A stretch of DNA of 64,000 nucleotides. It comes from Anthoceros angustus. Lineage: Eukaryota; Plantae; Anthocerotophyta. This document shows positions 12,840 to 26,020 of the stretch, in pieces. The translations under genes and the position numbers were made by a program. The DNA lies in contig VJWM01000178.1 of the NCBI GenBank assembly GCA_010909165.1, forward strand, positions 62,001 to 126,000, read 5' to 3'. Positions within the stretch are counted from its first letter, which is position 1. Each line of letters opens with the position of its first letter. The notes beneath the pieces were generated by a model. That model was not told the DNA's origin. It did no database searches and worked only from the letters and a program-made list of their open reading frames with translations.

Positions 12840-15200
12840 GTGAGGGCTACATCTTTCGGCGTTGTTGCCCCTTCCTCCTCTCGTCGGGCTACTTCCTCCC
12901 TTGAGCCTCCACTAGAGTGTTGGCAATGGTTGCGGGCGCAATCTGATCATCCTTTGTCTCTTTATGACACGCGTCTCTTGGGACCCCGCCTTTTTCGGCG
13001 TCTTCCCCATCGATTGCAAGACGATGTCCGCTTAGCCTACATGCTTCCCTTGGAGCGCCTCGCGCAAAACTCCCGAGATGAAGCAACCTGGACTATGTTC
13101 CTTTTTCTTCCCCGGTGGTGTCTCCATCGCTCTAGAGATGGGAATTCAGGTCATAGGGAGATTGCCTCCCGGCTCCACCGTTTCTGGGCTGGGGACTGGC
13201 TAGCTCTTCAGGAAGAGGAGGGTTGTGCTGCTCGATCAAGGTTGGAGTCGGCTAATCTTGATCAAGGTTGTCAAGACCCCGTGAAGGCGCGTCTCAAAAG
13301 GTGCCTCCTGCTTAATCGCGTAGACGAGTATGCTAGGGCTGCCCGGGCCCTTTGGCCAGAGCCGGTGGCTCCTGCGTCTGAGGAGACGATTGCTACTCTT
13401 CGGGCCCTTCACGTGGCTCCAGATGTCCCCATCCCACCAGATATCTTGGAGTTTGTGGCTGAGGAGCCCTTTTGTCTGAACAGACTGGTTTTTTATCGCG
13501 CTTTAACTACCGCCCCGTTGCTCTCTTCTGGGGGTCTTTCTGAAACTGTCTATGATCAACTATGGGAGACCCCCCATCGCACTTCACGGGTGTTGGGGGC
13601 CAGCAGGCTTTGGGCTATGGAGAAGCCCACACTGGGGGTGCACCCAAGTGCTGATTCTCCACAAGGGTTGCGGGTCCTTGGAGTCCCGGTCGGGCCCCCG
13701 GGCTTTATACGGGAATTAGTGGATGCTACTTTGAAAGAGGATCTTGCGCATATCGACGACCTCTCTAGGTTGGGTGACCCGCACGTGGCCTTTGGCATTC
13801 TCTCTTCCTGGTTCGCGCGCCATCCTGGATACCTCATTCGCACCGTACCCCCCTCTCCAGTTTTTCTTTCTCAACTGGGAGATTTTGACAACTTGGTTAT
13901 GCAGTCTCTGGGAGACATTATTGACCCAGGTTCCTTCGAATGTGCGATAGAGGACTTGGCGCGACGATAGGCATCCCTCCCTGTCGCTTTTGGGGGCGCA
14001 GGTCTTTCGGCTATGGAGGCCTCGGCGCCAGCGGCTTTTCTAGGAAGCGGGGCCCTCTCAGCCCTAATTTTGTCCTCTCACTTCCTTATTCGAGATAGCA
14101 GCATTTTGGAGATTTTCGTCGCAGGAGTTGAGGAGGGGTGCTTCCCCCTCCAAGTGTCCCTAAGGTCGGCTAGGGACCTCTTACCCCCTCTGACCAGGGG
14201 GCCATGCCTTCTTTTTCTTCGTTTCTCACAGACGGGCTTCGAGGGTTGCAGGCTTCTATCTAGGAGAAGCATTTTAAGCAGGGTCTTTTTCTGGGTTCAT
14301 CTATTCCTCGTCCCGCTAGAGGTCGCCTTCGCTTCTCCCTCAGGGAAGGGAGCAAGTTCCTAGCTCCTAGCCCACCCTTGCATCCAGGCGTTCCTAATCG
14401 CACCAGCTTCTTTTTCTACCGCATTGAGGTTTCGCTTGAGTTTGATCCAACCACAAGCTTGTTCTCTGCCGGCCTAATGCTGTGGGGCCTCCATCGATGA
14501 CCTTGGGGCCCACTTAGTGTGTTGTCCAATGGGTGGACAACGTATTGCTGCACACGACGCCGTCCGAGACGCCATGTTCTCGATGGCTAAGGAGAGCGGT
14601 TTCTTCCCTTTCAAGGAGCGGCAGTATACTCAGCTCAATGGCGTCTTTATCAAAGCTGACCTTTTCTTGACGCGGGGGGACGAGGTCTCGGTTTAGGACG
14701 TGGTTGTCACTGACCCAACCAGAGATTTTGTTAGCGACCATATCATCATCAACCCTCCAGGTTGGGCGGCGGAAGGGAGCACAACTAAAAAAATTTATAA
14801 GTATAGGCCCATGCAGCAATGTCACATTTTCATCTCCCTTGCCAATGAAACCCATGGGGCTTTGGGTAAGGTTTTTTCTCGTTTTATCAAGGAGTGCACA
14901 AGGGCCTACCACAACGACTGGGGCGGGTTTGGCCTCCCCCTTTCCAGTATCGTGGCATATTTCAGGCAACGGGTTTCCATCGCCCTGCAACGGACGTTGG
15001 CCAGCACCATTTTTAGGAAAATCACGAGTGCTGGAGACGCGGTATTGGCGGCACCGCTGGTAAGTAGGCCCTTCCCTATTTCGGACGGTGACATCTTGGG
15101 GGTGGTTGGCGGTTATAGGGTAGATTAATGCGGAGGCACCCCCCTCGGCCTGGTGCCTCGTCGTCGGTTGTCCCCTTTCACCTTGGGGTAGATAGAATTT
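12840..15200 (+). mobile_element. CRE-clade (Cnl1/MoTeR/SLACS-like) RLE-type non-LTR retrotransposon, defective
   Basis: N-terminal RT region (LFLPRWCL, RLHRFWAGDW, RLWAMEKPTLGVHP), post-RT segment (GLRVLGVPVG, LGDPHVAFGIL..YLIRTVPP, LPVAFGGAGL), zinc-knuckle region (C..DDLGAHLVCCPMGGQRIAAHDAVRD), restriction-like endonuclease (KADL..DVVVTDP..KKIYKY..ETHGALG). In-frame stops present and the YxDD core is deleted. Confidence 0.85.
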
Positions 15201-15216
15201 CCCATCTCGTTCTTTT

Positions 15217-15409
15217 TATAAAGTCTCCACATTCCTCTTATCATATACAATACAAAGTACTATTTTAAATGGGATGTTATATAATCATCACCATTTTTAC
15301 AGTTTAAAGAATAAAATTTATTTATTATATAATATTTTAATTTAAAACTCATTATTTATCTATTAAAATTTTCAATATAATATTGAGAGGGGAATGTGGA
15401 GACTTTATA
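15217..15409. mobile_element. MITE, about 193 bp, with 19-bp perfect inverted ends
   Basis: tataaagtctccacattcc (15217-15235) is the reverse complement of ggaatgtggagactttata (15391-15409). AT-rich interior; the outer TA may be the TSD. Confidence 0.75.
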
Positions 15410-15822
15410 GAACTGCAGAGACTAATAAGAGAAATTCCTACATAGATATATGTGCAGTGCTCTAAACATCATTGTTTAGATTTTGCGACTTAACTTTGCG
15501 AGAAATCAGAAACAACGGCCGTGACAGTGTGATACTGTTTAAATATAGACAAAGTCACATTGTTCACGGCTGGCTTTGGGCGCTGGAGCGCCGATGCTAG
15601 TCCCAGGGGTTCTCGATATCAACGCAAACTGTTCTTTTGCATGTCGATAGGGAATTGTCCAGGGAAAAGTGTGACCTCGTTGGCATCTCTCATGCAGCTA
15701 GAGGGGCTCAGCGTATGGAGCATCCAAAGCAGCTGCCGTCCTCCTCGTTGGCATCTTTGCCAACCTACGTTGGCACATTTGGAGTTCTCGGTCCCTCTGC
15801 TTGAGAAACCCAGGCTTGCAAG

Positions 15823-18800
15823 ATGTCGGATGCAGCCATTAACGGATTGGCAGGTGCTGGAGGTGGTGTTGTTGCTCAGCTTTTGACCTATCGCCTGCTG
15901 TTTCCTCTCGGGGGTCTTCGAAACTGCCTATGATCAACTATGGGAGACCCCCATCGCACTTCACGGGTGTTGAAGCTTTGGGCTATGGAGAAGCCCACCG
16001 GGGTGCACCCGATTCTCCACAAGGGTTGCGGGTCCTTGAGTCCCTTGGTCGGCCCCGCTTTATACGGAATTAGTGGATGCTACTTTGAAAGAGGATCTTG
16101 CGCATACGACGACCTCTCTAGGTTGGTGACCCGCACGTGGCCTTTGGCATTCTCTCTCCTCGTTCGCGCCATCCCGGATACCTCACCGCACTGCACTTCT
16201 CCGCTTTTTCTTTCTCAACCGGGAGATTTTGACAACTTGTTGCTCAGCTTTTGACCTATCCCTCCAGGCTGTAAGTTTCCCGCCTTCGGTAGGAGCAAAG
16301 TCGTTGAAACAAATCATTAGCGAGCTACCTTGCACCGATCGCCTCATTTTCAGCAATTGACGTTCCGTGTCAAGATCTAACCTGGGACGACTTATCTCAG
16401 GTGAATACTGACAGCAGACTGAGAGAATAGGAAACAAGCTGTACCAAGGGGCACAGCTGATATTTCATCCGCCAGTGGACCTTCTCGTCCACCGAGACTT
16501 CCTGAAGGCACATTCTATTATGGGAGGTAGTAGTCTTTCCTTCCTCGTGACTCCATGCGGACTTACTGCTTTCCTTCCTCTTCAAGCCTTTAATAACTCT
16601 CTTCTTGTATTCTACAGGTGATCAAATACGAGGGATGGGGAGGCTTGTACAGAGGTCTTCTCCTTCATTAGTTGGAACTGTTGCTTCTCAGGTATAGTTA
16701 CTCATCACATAAAGCTGTCCCAGAGGAGCTGCTAAGAGTGAGTACAACTTTATGGAAATAGGACGTTTCTGAACACTTCTAGGCATGTAGATTGGTGTCA
16801 ACAAGCTGCGATTTGTTGTACTCAAGATGGGCCTCAGCATGGAATTCTTGAACATAGTATCTGATGGCAGTTAAGGGTTTTGATCTGATAACAGTATTGT
16901 GTCTCGGATTTTGAAACGCAGGCTGTATATTACTACTTCTACCAGCTCCTAAAAATGAAGCTGAGGCCCAGGCTCAGAGGAGGAAGAAACTGGGCTTTGG
17001 TGATGGAACTCTAGGCATGTTTGGATCCCTTGTTGTGGCTGCATTGGCTGGGTAACTCACGCTTCCAACCATGCTCAAGCCTCATGATCTGCAGCTATGA
17101 GTATCTTGAGTTTTGTGCTCATCTCGCAGCAGGTTTTTGCAGCTCCGTAAATGCTTTTGTTAATCCTATCTGGGTGGTTGTGACTCAAATGCAGGTAATT
17201 AAGAGGTAGACTGCTTGTTCTACCAGAGGATTATCTGCAAGTTAATGACTTTCACAATGTAATCCTTTCATATGCTTTAGTCCGATCAGTTGGTGACTGA
17301 CATTTGCAGACTCATGCTCAAGCTCAGAAGAAGTTGGTAGATAATGCTGCACACAGGGCGGGGGCAGGGGATGCCCAGGATGTTAACAAAGATCCTGGTT
17401 ATAAGAATCGCTCTCTTACTACTAGCGTAGGAGCGTTGGAGGTGGTATGTTCCTCCCGTGTGTGGTTGTGCATTATGGTGGCATGAACAGACTATGACAG
17501 TCGTCGCCATGGTGTTGTCCTGTAGAGAAGTGAACCATGTACTTTATTGATGTTTCAGGTGAAAGAGCTATATAAGGAGTCTGGGATCTTGGGATATTGG
17601 AGAGGAGTTGTGCCCACTCTCATCATGGTAATATTTCGCCGTGGCATACTCCATTGTTAGCACAGCTCTCTTGCCAATGTATTAACTGCAGAGTTCTGTG
17701 TAGGTGAGCAACCCGTCTATACAATTCATGATCTACGAAACCTTGCTTAAAAGAGTAACAGCCAAACGGACTCCAAATGCACATGGTGTAAAACACGTGG
17801 GCGCTGGCGAGGTATGCACTGCATTTGCTTTTGTTGATAAAGTGTGTTTGTGGTTACACCGTCAGGGTGATGTGTTGATTGCAATGAGTACTCTTCACAG
17901 GTGTTTGTCCTTGGAGCTATTGCAAAACTTGGTGCTACTGTCATCACGTATCCTCTGCTGGTAGTTAAGGTTCACACTTTCCGCTGGACATATATTGTAG
18001 GTGCTAATCTAAGAGCGTCCTGACGAGTTTTGTACATGGCACTAAGAGCTCCATGTCAAAAGGCTGCTCTAGACATGGCATTGCAGGTGATTGACTTAGT
18101 ACGAGGGTTCTGTATTTGCAGTCACGACTCCAGGCCAAACAGGCAAAGGGATCGGATAAGTCTGCGAACTATACAGGTGAAGTGTTTGCAAACTACGATG
18201 CTGTTGACCTAGGACATTCTATGTTTACCCCATGGTGGACAACGATGTCGCACACGACGTCCCGAGACGCCATGTTCTCGATGGCTAAGGAGAGCGGTTT
18301 CTTCCTTTCAAGGAGCGGTGATACTCGGCTCAATGGCGTCTTTATCAAAGTCGACCTTTTCTTGACGGGGACGAGGTCTCGGTTTAGGACGTGGTTGTCA
18401 CCCAACCGTAGATTTTGTTAGCGAATTATATCATCATCAACCCTCCGTTGGGCGAAGGGAGCACAACTAAAAAATTTATAAGTATAGGCCCATGCAAGAA
18501 TGTCACATTTTCATCTCCTTGCCAATGAAACCCATGGGGCTTTGGTGATGGAACTCTAGGCATGTTTGGATCCCTTGTTGTGGCTGCATTGGCTGGGTAA
18601 CTCACGCTTCCAACCATGCTCAAGCCTCATGATCTGCAGCTATGAGTATCTTGAGTTTTGTGCTCATCTCGCAGCAGGTTTTTGCAGCTCCGTAAATGTG
18701 CTATTGGAATCCTATCTGGGTGGTTGTGACTCAAATGCAGGTAATTAAGAGGTAGACTGCTTGTTCTACCAGAGGATTATCTGCAAGTTAATGACTTTCA

Positions 18801-19225
18801 CAATGTAATCCTTTCATATGCTTTAGTCCGATCAGTTGGTGACTGACATTTGCAGACTCATGCTCAAGCTCAGAAGAAGTTGGTAGATAATGCTGCACAC
18901 AGGGCGGGGCAGGGGATGCCCAGGATGTTAACAAAGATCCTGGTTATAAGAATCGCCTCTTACTACTAGCGTAGGAGCGTTGGAGGTGGTATGTTCCTCC
19001 CGTGTGTGGTTGTGCATTATGGTGGCATGAACAGACTATGACAGTCGTCGCCATGGTGTTGTCCTGTAGAAGTGAACCATGTACTTTATTGATGTTTCAG
19101 GTGAAAGAGCTATATAAGAGTCTGGGATCTTGGGATATTGGAGAGTTGTGCCCACTCTCATCATGGTAATATTTCGCCGTGGCATACTCCATTGTTAGCA
19201 CAGCTCTCTTGCCAATGTATTAACT
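15823..19225 (+). pseudogene. scrambled duplicate of PXN containing two chunks of the upstream retroelement (probable assembly artefact)
   Basis: Near-identical to 19637-21700. 15893-16237 copies about 13520-13895 and 18240-18545 copies about 14535-14865, both indel-rich. 18540-19230 repeats about 16993-17690. Confidence 0.7.
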
Positions 19226-19636
19226 GCAGAGACTAATAAGAGAAATTCCTACATAGATATATGTGCAGTGCTCTAAACATCATTGTTTAGATTTTGCGAC
19301 TTAACTTTGCGAGAAATCAGAAACAACGGCCGTGACAGTGTGATACTGTTTAAATATAGACAAAGTCACATTGTTCACGGCTGGCTTTGGGCGCTGGAGC
19401 GCCGATGCTAGTCCCAGGGGTTCTCGATATCAACGCAAACTGTTCTTTTGCATGTCGATAGGGGAATTGTCCAGGGGAAAAGTGTGACCTCGTTGGCATC
19501 TCTCATGCAGCTAGAGGGGGCTCAGCGTATGGAGCATCCAAAGCAGCTGCCGTCCTCTCGTTGGGCATCTTTGCCAACCTACGTTGGCACATTTGGAGTT
19601 CTCGGTCCCTCTGCTTGAGAAACCCAGGCTTGCAAG

Positions 19637-21950
19637 ATGTCGGATGCAGCCATTAACGGATTGGCAGGTGCTGGAGGTGGTGTTGTTGCTCAGCTTTTGA
19701 CCTATCCCCTCCAGGCTGTAAGTTTCCCGCCTTCGGTAGGAGCAAAGTCGTTGAAACAAATCATTAGCGAGCTACCTTGCACCGATCGCCTCATTTTCAG
19801 CAATTGACGTTCCGTGTCAAGATCTAACCTGGGACGACTTATCTCAGGTGAATACTCGACAGCAGACTGAGAGAACAGGGAAACAAGCTGTACCAAGGGG
19901 CACAGCTGATATTTCATCCGCCAGTGGACCTTCTCGTCCACCGAGACTTCCTGAAGGCACATTCTACAAGTTATGGGAGGTAGTAGTCTTTCCCTTCCTC
20001 GTGACTCCATGCGGACTTACTGCTTTCCTTCCTCTTCAAGCCTTTAATAACCTCTCTTTCTTGTATTCTACAGGTGATCAAATACGAGGGATGGGGAGGC
20101 TTGTACAGAGGTCTTCTCCCTTCATTAGTTGGAACTGTTGCTTCTCAGGTATAGTTACTCATCACATAAAGCTGTCCCAGAGGAGCTGCTAAGAGTGAGT
20201 ACAACTTTATGGAAATAGGACGTTTCTGAACACTTCTAGGGCATGTAGATTGGTGTCAACAAGCTGCGATTTGTTGTACTCAAGATGGGCCTCAGCATGG
20301 AATTCTTGAACATAGTATCTGATGGCAGTTAAGGGTTTTGATCTGATAACAGTATTGTGTCTCGGATTTTGAAACGCAGGCTGTATATTACTACTTCTAC
20401 CAGCTCCTAAAAAATGAAGCTGAGGCCCGGGCTCAGAGGAGGAAGAAACTGGGCTTTGGTGATGGAACTCTAGGCATGTTTGGATCCCTTGTTGTGGCTG
20501 CATTGGCTGGGTAACTCACGCTTCCAACCATGCTCAAGCCTCATGATCTGCAGCTATGAGTATCTTGAGTTTTTGTGCTCATCTCGCAGCAGGTTTTTGC
20601 AGCTCCGTAAATGTGCTATTGACGAATCCTATCTGGGTGGTTGTGACTCAAATGCAGGTAATTAAGAGGTAGACTTCTTGTTCTACCAGAGGATTATCTG
20701 CAAGTTAATGACTTTCACAATGTAATCCTTTCATATGCTTTAGTCCGATCAGTTGGTGACTGACATTTGCAGACTCATGCTCAAGCTCAGAAGAAGTTGG
20801 TAGATAATGCTGCACACAGGGCGGGGGCAGGGGATGCCCAGGATGTTAACAAAGATCCTGGTTATAAGAATCGCCTCTTACTACTAGCGAGGAGCGTTGG
20901 AGGTGGTATGTTCCTCCCGTGTGTGGTTGTGCATTATGGTGGCATGAACAGACTATGACAGTCGTCGCCATGGTGTTGTCCTGTAGAGAAGTGAACCATG
21001 TACTTTATTGATGTTTCAGGTGAAAGAGCTATATAAGGAGTCTGGGATCTTGGGATATTGGAGAGGAGTTGTGCCCACTCTCATCATGGTAATATTTCGC
21101 CCGTGGCATACTCCATTGTTAGCACAGCTCTCTTGCCAATGTATTAACTGCAGAGTTCTGTGTAGGTGAGCAACCCGTCTATACAATTCATGATCTACGA
21201 AACCTTGCTTAAAAGAGTAACAGCCAAACGGACTCCAAATGCACATGGTGTAAAACACGTGGGCGCTGGCGAGGTATGCACTGCATTTGCTTTTGTTGAT
21301 AAAGTGTGTTTGTGGTTACACCGTCAGGGTGATGTGTTGATTGCAATGAGTACTCTTCACAGGTGTTTGTCCTTGGAGCTATTGCAAAACTTGGTGCTAC
21401 TGTCATCACGTATCCTCTGCTGGTAGTTAAGGTTCGACACTTTCCGCTGGACATATATTGTAGGTGCTAATCTAAGAGCGTCCTGACGAGTTTTGTACAT
21501 GGCACTAAGAGCTCCATGTCAAAAAGGCTGCTCTAGACATGGCATTGCAGGTGATTGACTTAGTACGAGGGTTCTGTATTTGCAGTCACGACTCCAGGCC
21601 AAACAGGCAAAGGGATCGGATAAGTCTGCGAACTATACAGGTGAAGTGTTTGCAAACTACGATGCTGTTGACCTAGGACATTCTATGTTTACCCCATGGT
21701 GGACAAACTGATTTCGGTTGTTTGATTGTACGCTGATCTTCTCTCGACTCTTCCAGGGACTCTGGATGCTCTAGCAAAGATGATCCGATACGAGGGGATC
21801 GCTGGCTTCTACAGGGGCATGAGTACAAAAATCTTTCAAAGTGTGATTGCCGCGGCTGTTTTGTTTGCCATCAAAGAAGAGCTGGTGAAGGCAGCCCGTA
21901 CCATCCTGCTGAAGAATCAGAAGCCCAAGAATAGTCTTGGACACCATTAG
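19637..21950 (+). CDS. PXN: peroxisomal NAD+ carrier (mitochondrial carrier family, PXN/PMP38-like), multi-exon
   Basis: MSDAAINGLAGAGGGVVAQLLTYPLQ|VNTRQQTER..VIKYEGWGGLYRGL..GSVNVLLTNPIWVVVTQMQ..VSNPSIQFMIYETL..SRLQAKQ..GTLDALAKMIRYEG..FYRGMSTKIFQSVIAAAVLFAIKEEL. GT-AG introns; a few single-base indels. Confidence 0.92.
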
Positions 21951-24900
21951 ATAGAATCCTTTTAAAATCCTAGTCACCTAATTTAAACGGTCAAATTTCT
22001 TTAGCTCATTCAACCTATTAAATCGCCTGCAGGTTTAGGCTACGTCTTTAAAATGAGGTTTGGCCTCGTCCTTGCTCTTAGAATCTTTAATACATCAAAG
22101 ATCTAACGCTCGGTTGATGTCGATCCCCTAATTGGTTTGTCGGGAACATCACACAACGGCCGCAATTTGTGCACGTGAGATGTCGTTCTCACTTAAAAGG
22201 GCAAAGCACGGATAAAACTAAAACTCAACACGGCCTGACAGCACTGCCCAGGCTTTCTTAAGTCCATTCCATCACCTTGCAAAACACACTTGTAATATAT
22301 AAGCTTGTAAACCCTAGTGATGATATAGATGGGCTGCTGGCTCTAATTCTCCAGCCACATGGAGCACAAGAAAGAAGGGTGCATGACAATGCAGCTAGCC
22401 AGAGTGCGACTTAAAGGCCACACACGTACCTATCTGACAGGACCACTAATCCACCAAGCACTCCTTCCAACGAGCTCACGAGCAGGTAGATAGGAGGCAG
22501 CGGGGGTAAGACAACTACACACGCTGGTAGGATGTGACAATGGTAGGACAGCTTCCACTCGCACCAAGGACGTGACAATGGTAGGACAGCTTCCACTCGC
22601 ACCAAGGACGTGACAGTGGTAGGACAGCTTCCAGCTTGGGCAGAAGGGATCACGGCTTGCTTCAATCATTGGGCTAATCCTCTACACAAATCTATCTTCC
22701 CATAATTATCCAGGGGCACTGGTTTGGGAGGAGACTGCTAAAATGGCTTGCCACCTCCTCCTACATTTGTGAGGCGCCTTGCCTCACATGCCCATGCTAC
22801 TGATAATGAGTTGCATACATAATACGGCTAAATCAATAGATATATTAATAACTATATTAAAGTATACATTGCCCATTCGCACGCATGATATTGGGCTAAC
22901 CTCACACAAATTTGTACGTAGGTCTATCATTTTGAATCGTCCTGGTATTTACGTATGATTTGCAATATTTTGTCTACAACTTGGACTGCAGAAGGGTTGA
23001 GCCCAAAGGTGAAGTCCACTCCTGGAAGTTGTTGAAACTACCAGGAAAATCAGTGAAAAGCCCGTCCACACCAATGTGTTCAATCCAGTACTCGTACTCC
23101 TGATACGGATCTTGATGAAAGTCGAAATGCAAATAAGAGTTTTCGTTGCGGAAGGTGTATGGGTGAACCTGAAAGAGACATGAAGAAGGGCGCTAAGAGG
23201 ATCAGAAACCATATCTCACTCCATCAGCATTGGCAATAAAAACAGCAAAAGCGGAGAATACCTGAAGTCCCCGCTCATGGGCCTTCTTCACAAGGTCAGA
23301 TGGATCTGTCAGGTGGTTGCCCTCGTCTGGTGGCACAATCGTGTCCTTCCAAGGCCCGATTCCAACCACATACTGGCTGATGTAGTCTAAGTACTTGGAA
23401 GAGGTTACCTCCGCAAATGACTGGGAAAAGAAACAGAGTATTGAATGAGTGCGATTGTTCGCTTGTACTTTCCACATCACAATAGACAGCTATCACAATG
23501 GATATACAGCAGATCAACCTGATTAGTATCCTCAGTTAAAGAAGTGGTGGAATCGATGAGGAACACTTTGGGACTAAGTGTCAGATTTGCTGCGAGAGAG
23601 CGGCAAAAGACTGAATGAAGACTGGCTGAGCCAACCATGGTTCAGACAGGAACTCTCCCTCGTACCCATGTTTCAGCAGCGTCTCAACAAACACGTCCTC
23701 AAATCTTTTTCCTCCTGGCCATTTCACCTGGACCAGATGGACACTTAGTCAAGGTTTACTACCAACTGGATGCGGTACCAAACCAGGCAAATCTAATATG
23801 AACACCGCAAACATATTTGAAAAGAGAAGACAATGAAGATTGACATACATGTTGATTGATGGACAAACTGATTTCGGTTGTTTGATTGTACGCTGATCTT
23901 CTCTCGACTCTTCCAGGGACTCTGGATGCTCTAGCAAAGATGATCCGATACGAGGGGATCGCTGGCTTCTACAGGGCATGAGTACAAAAATCTTTCAAAG
24001 TGTGATTGCTGGCTGTTTTGTTTGCCATCAAAGAAGAGCTGGTGAAGGCATGTACCATCCTGCTGAAGAATCAGAAGCCCAAGAATAGTCTTGGACACCA
24101 TTAGATAGAATCCTTTTAAAATCCTAGTCACCTAATTTAAACGGTCAAATTTCTTTAGCTCATTCAACCTATTAAATCGCCTGCAGGTTTAGGCTACGTC
24201 TTTAAAATGAGGTTTGGCCTCGTCCTTGCTCTTAGAATCTTTAATACATCAAAGATCTAACGCTCGGTTGATGTCGATCCCCAATTGGTTTGTCGGGAAC
24301 ATCACACAACGGCCGCAATTTGTGCACGTGAGATGTCGTTCTCACTTAAAAGGGCAAAGCACGGATAAAACTAAAACTCAACACGGCCTGACAGCACTGC
24401 CCAGGCTTTCTTAAGTCCATTCCATCACCTTGCAAAACACACTTGTAATATATAAGCTTGTAAACCCTAGTGATGATATAGATGGGCTGCTGGCTCTAAT
24501 TCTCCAGCCACATGGAGCACAAGAAAGAAGGGGTGCATGACAATGCAGCTAGCCAGAGTGCGACTTAAAGGCCACACACGTACCTATCTGACAGGACCAC
24601 TAATCCACCAAGCACTCCTTCCAACGAGCTCACGAGCAGGTAGATAGGAGGCAGCGGGGGTAAGACAACTACACACGCTGGTAGGATGTGACAATGGTAG
24701 GACAGCTTCCACTGCACCAAGGACGTGACAATGGTAGGACAGCTTCCACTCGCACCAAGGACGTGACAGTGGTAGGACAGCTTCCAGCTTGGGCAGAAGG
24801 GATCACGGCTTGCTTCAATCATTGGGCTAATCCCTCTACACAAATCTATCTTCCCATAATTATCCAGGGGCACTGGTTTGGGAGGAGACTGCTAAAATGG

Positions 24901-26020
24901 CTTGCCACCTCCTCCTACATTTGTGAGGCGCCCTTGCCTCACATGCCCATGCTACTGATAATGAGTTGCATACATAATACGGCTAAATCAATAGATATAT
25001 TAATAACTATATTAAAGTATACATTGCCCATTCGCACGCATGATATTGGGCTAACCTCACACAAATTTGTACGTAGGTCTATCATTTTGAATCGTCCTGG
25101 TATTTACGTATGATTTGCAATATTTTGTCTACAACTTGGACTGCAGAAGGGTTGGAGCCCAAAGGTGAAGTCCACTCCTGGAAGTTGTTGAAACTACCAG
25201 GAAAATCAGTGAAAAGCCCGTCCACACCAATGTGTTCAATCCAGTACTCGTACTCCTGATACGGATCTTGATGAAAGTCGAAATGCAAATAAGAGTTTTC
25301 GTTGCGGAAGGTGTATGGGTGAACCTGAAAGAGACATGAAGAAGGGCGCTAAGAGGATCAGAAACCATATCTCACTCCATCAGCATTGGCAATAAAAACA
25401 GCAAAAGCGGAGAATACCTGAAGTCCCCGCTCATGGGCCTTCTTCACAAGGTCAGATGGATCTGTCAGGTGGTTGCCCTCGTCTGGTGGCACAATCGTGT
25501 CCTTCCAAGGCCCGATTCCAACCACATACTGGCTGATGTAGTCTAAGTACTTGGAAGAGGTTACCTCCGCAAATGACTGGGAAAAGAAACAGAGTATTGA
25601 ATGAGTGCGATTGTTCGGCTTGTACTTTCCACATCACAATAGACAGCTATCACAATGGATATACAGCAGATCAACCTGATTAGTATCCTCAGTTAAAGAA
25701 GTGGTGGAATCGATGAGGAACACTTTGGGACTAAGTGTCAGATTTGCTGCGTAGATGAGCGAGGTCGGCGCAAAAGACTGAATGAAGACTGGCTGAGCCA
25801 ACCATGGTTCAGACAGGAACTCTCCCTCGTACCCATGTTTCAGCAGCGTCTCAACAAACACGTCCTCAAATCTTTTTCCTCCTGGCCATTTCACCTGGAC
25901 CAGATGGACACTTAGTCAAGGTTTACTACCAACTGGATGCGGTACCAAACCAGGCAAATCTAATATGAACACCGCAAACATATTTGAAAAAGAGAAGACA
26001 ATGAAGATTGACATACATGT
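21698..26020. repeat. about 2.16-kb tandem duplication (PXN 3' end plus GDPD 3' end)
   Basis: 21698-23860 is near-identical to 23859-26020; junction gattga/tggacaaactg. Confidence 0.9.
22534..22635. repeat. 39-bp tandem repeat x3 (also at about 24688-24787)
   Basis: Repeated unit gtgacaatggtaggacagcttccactcgcaccaaggac. Confidence 0.85.

Noticed and set aside
22291-22868. possible solo LTR (TGTAA...ATACA) between PXN and GDPD
   Set aside because: No matching TSD, and the only second copy belongs to the suspect duplication.
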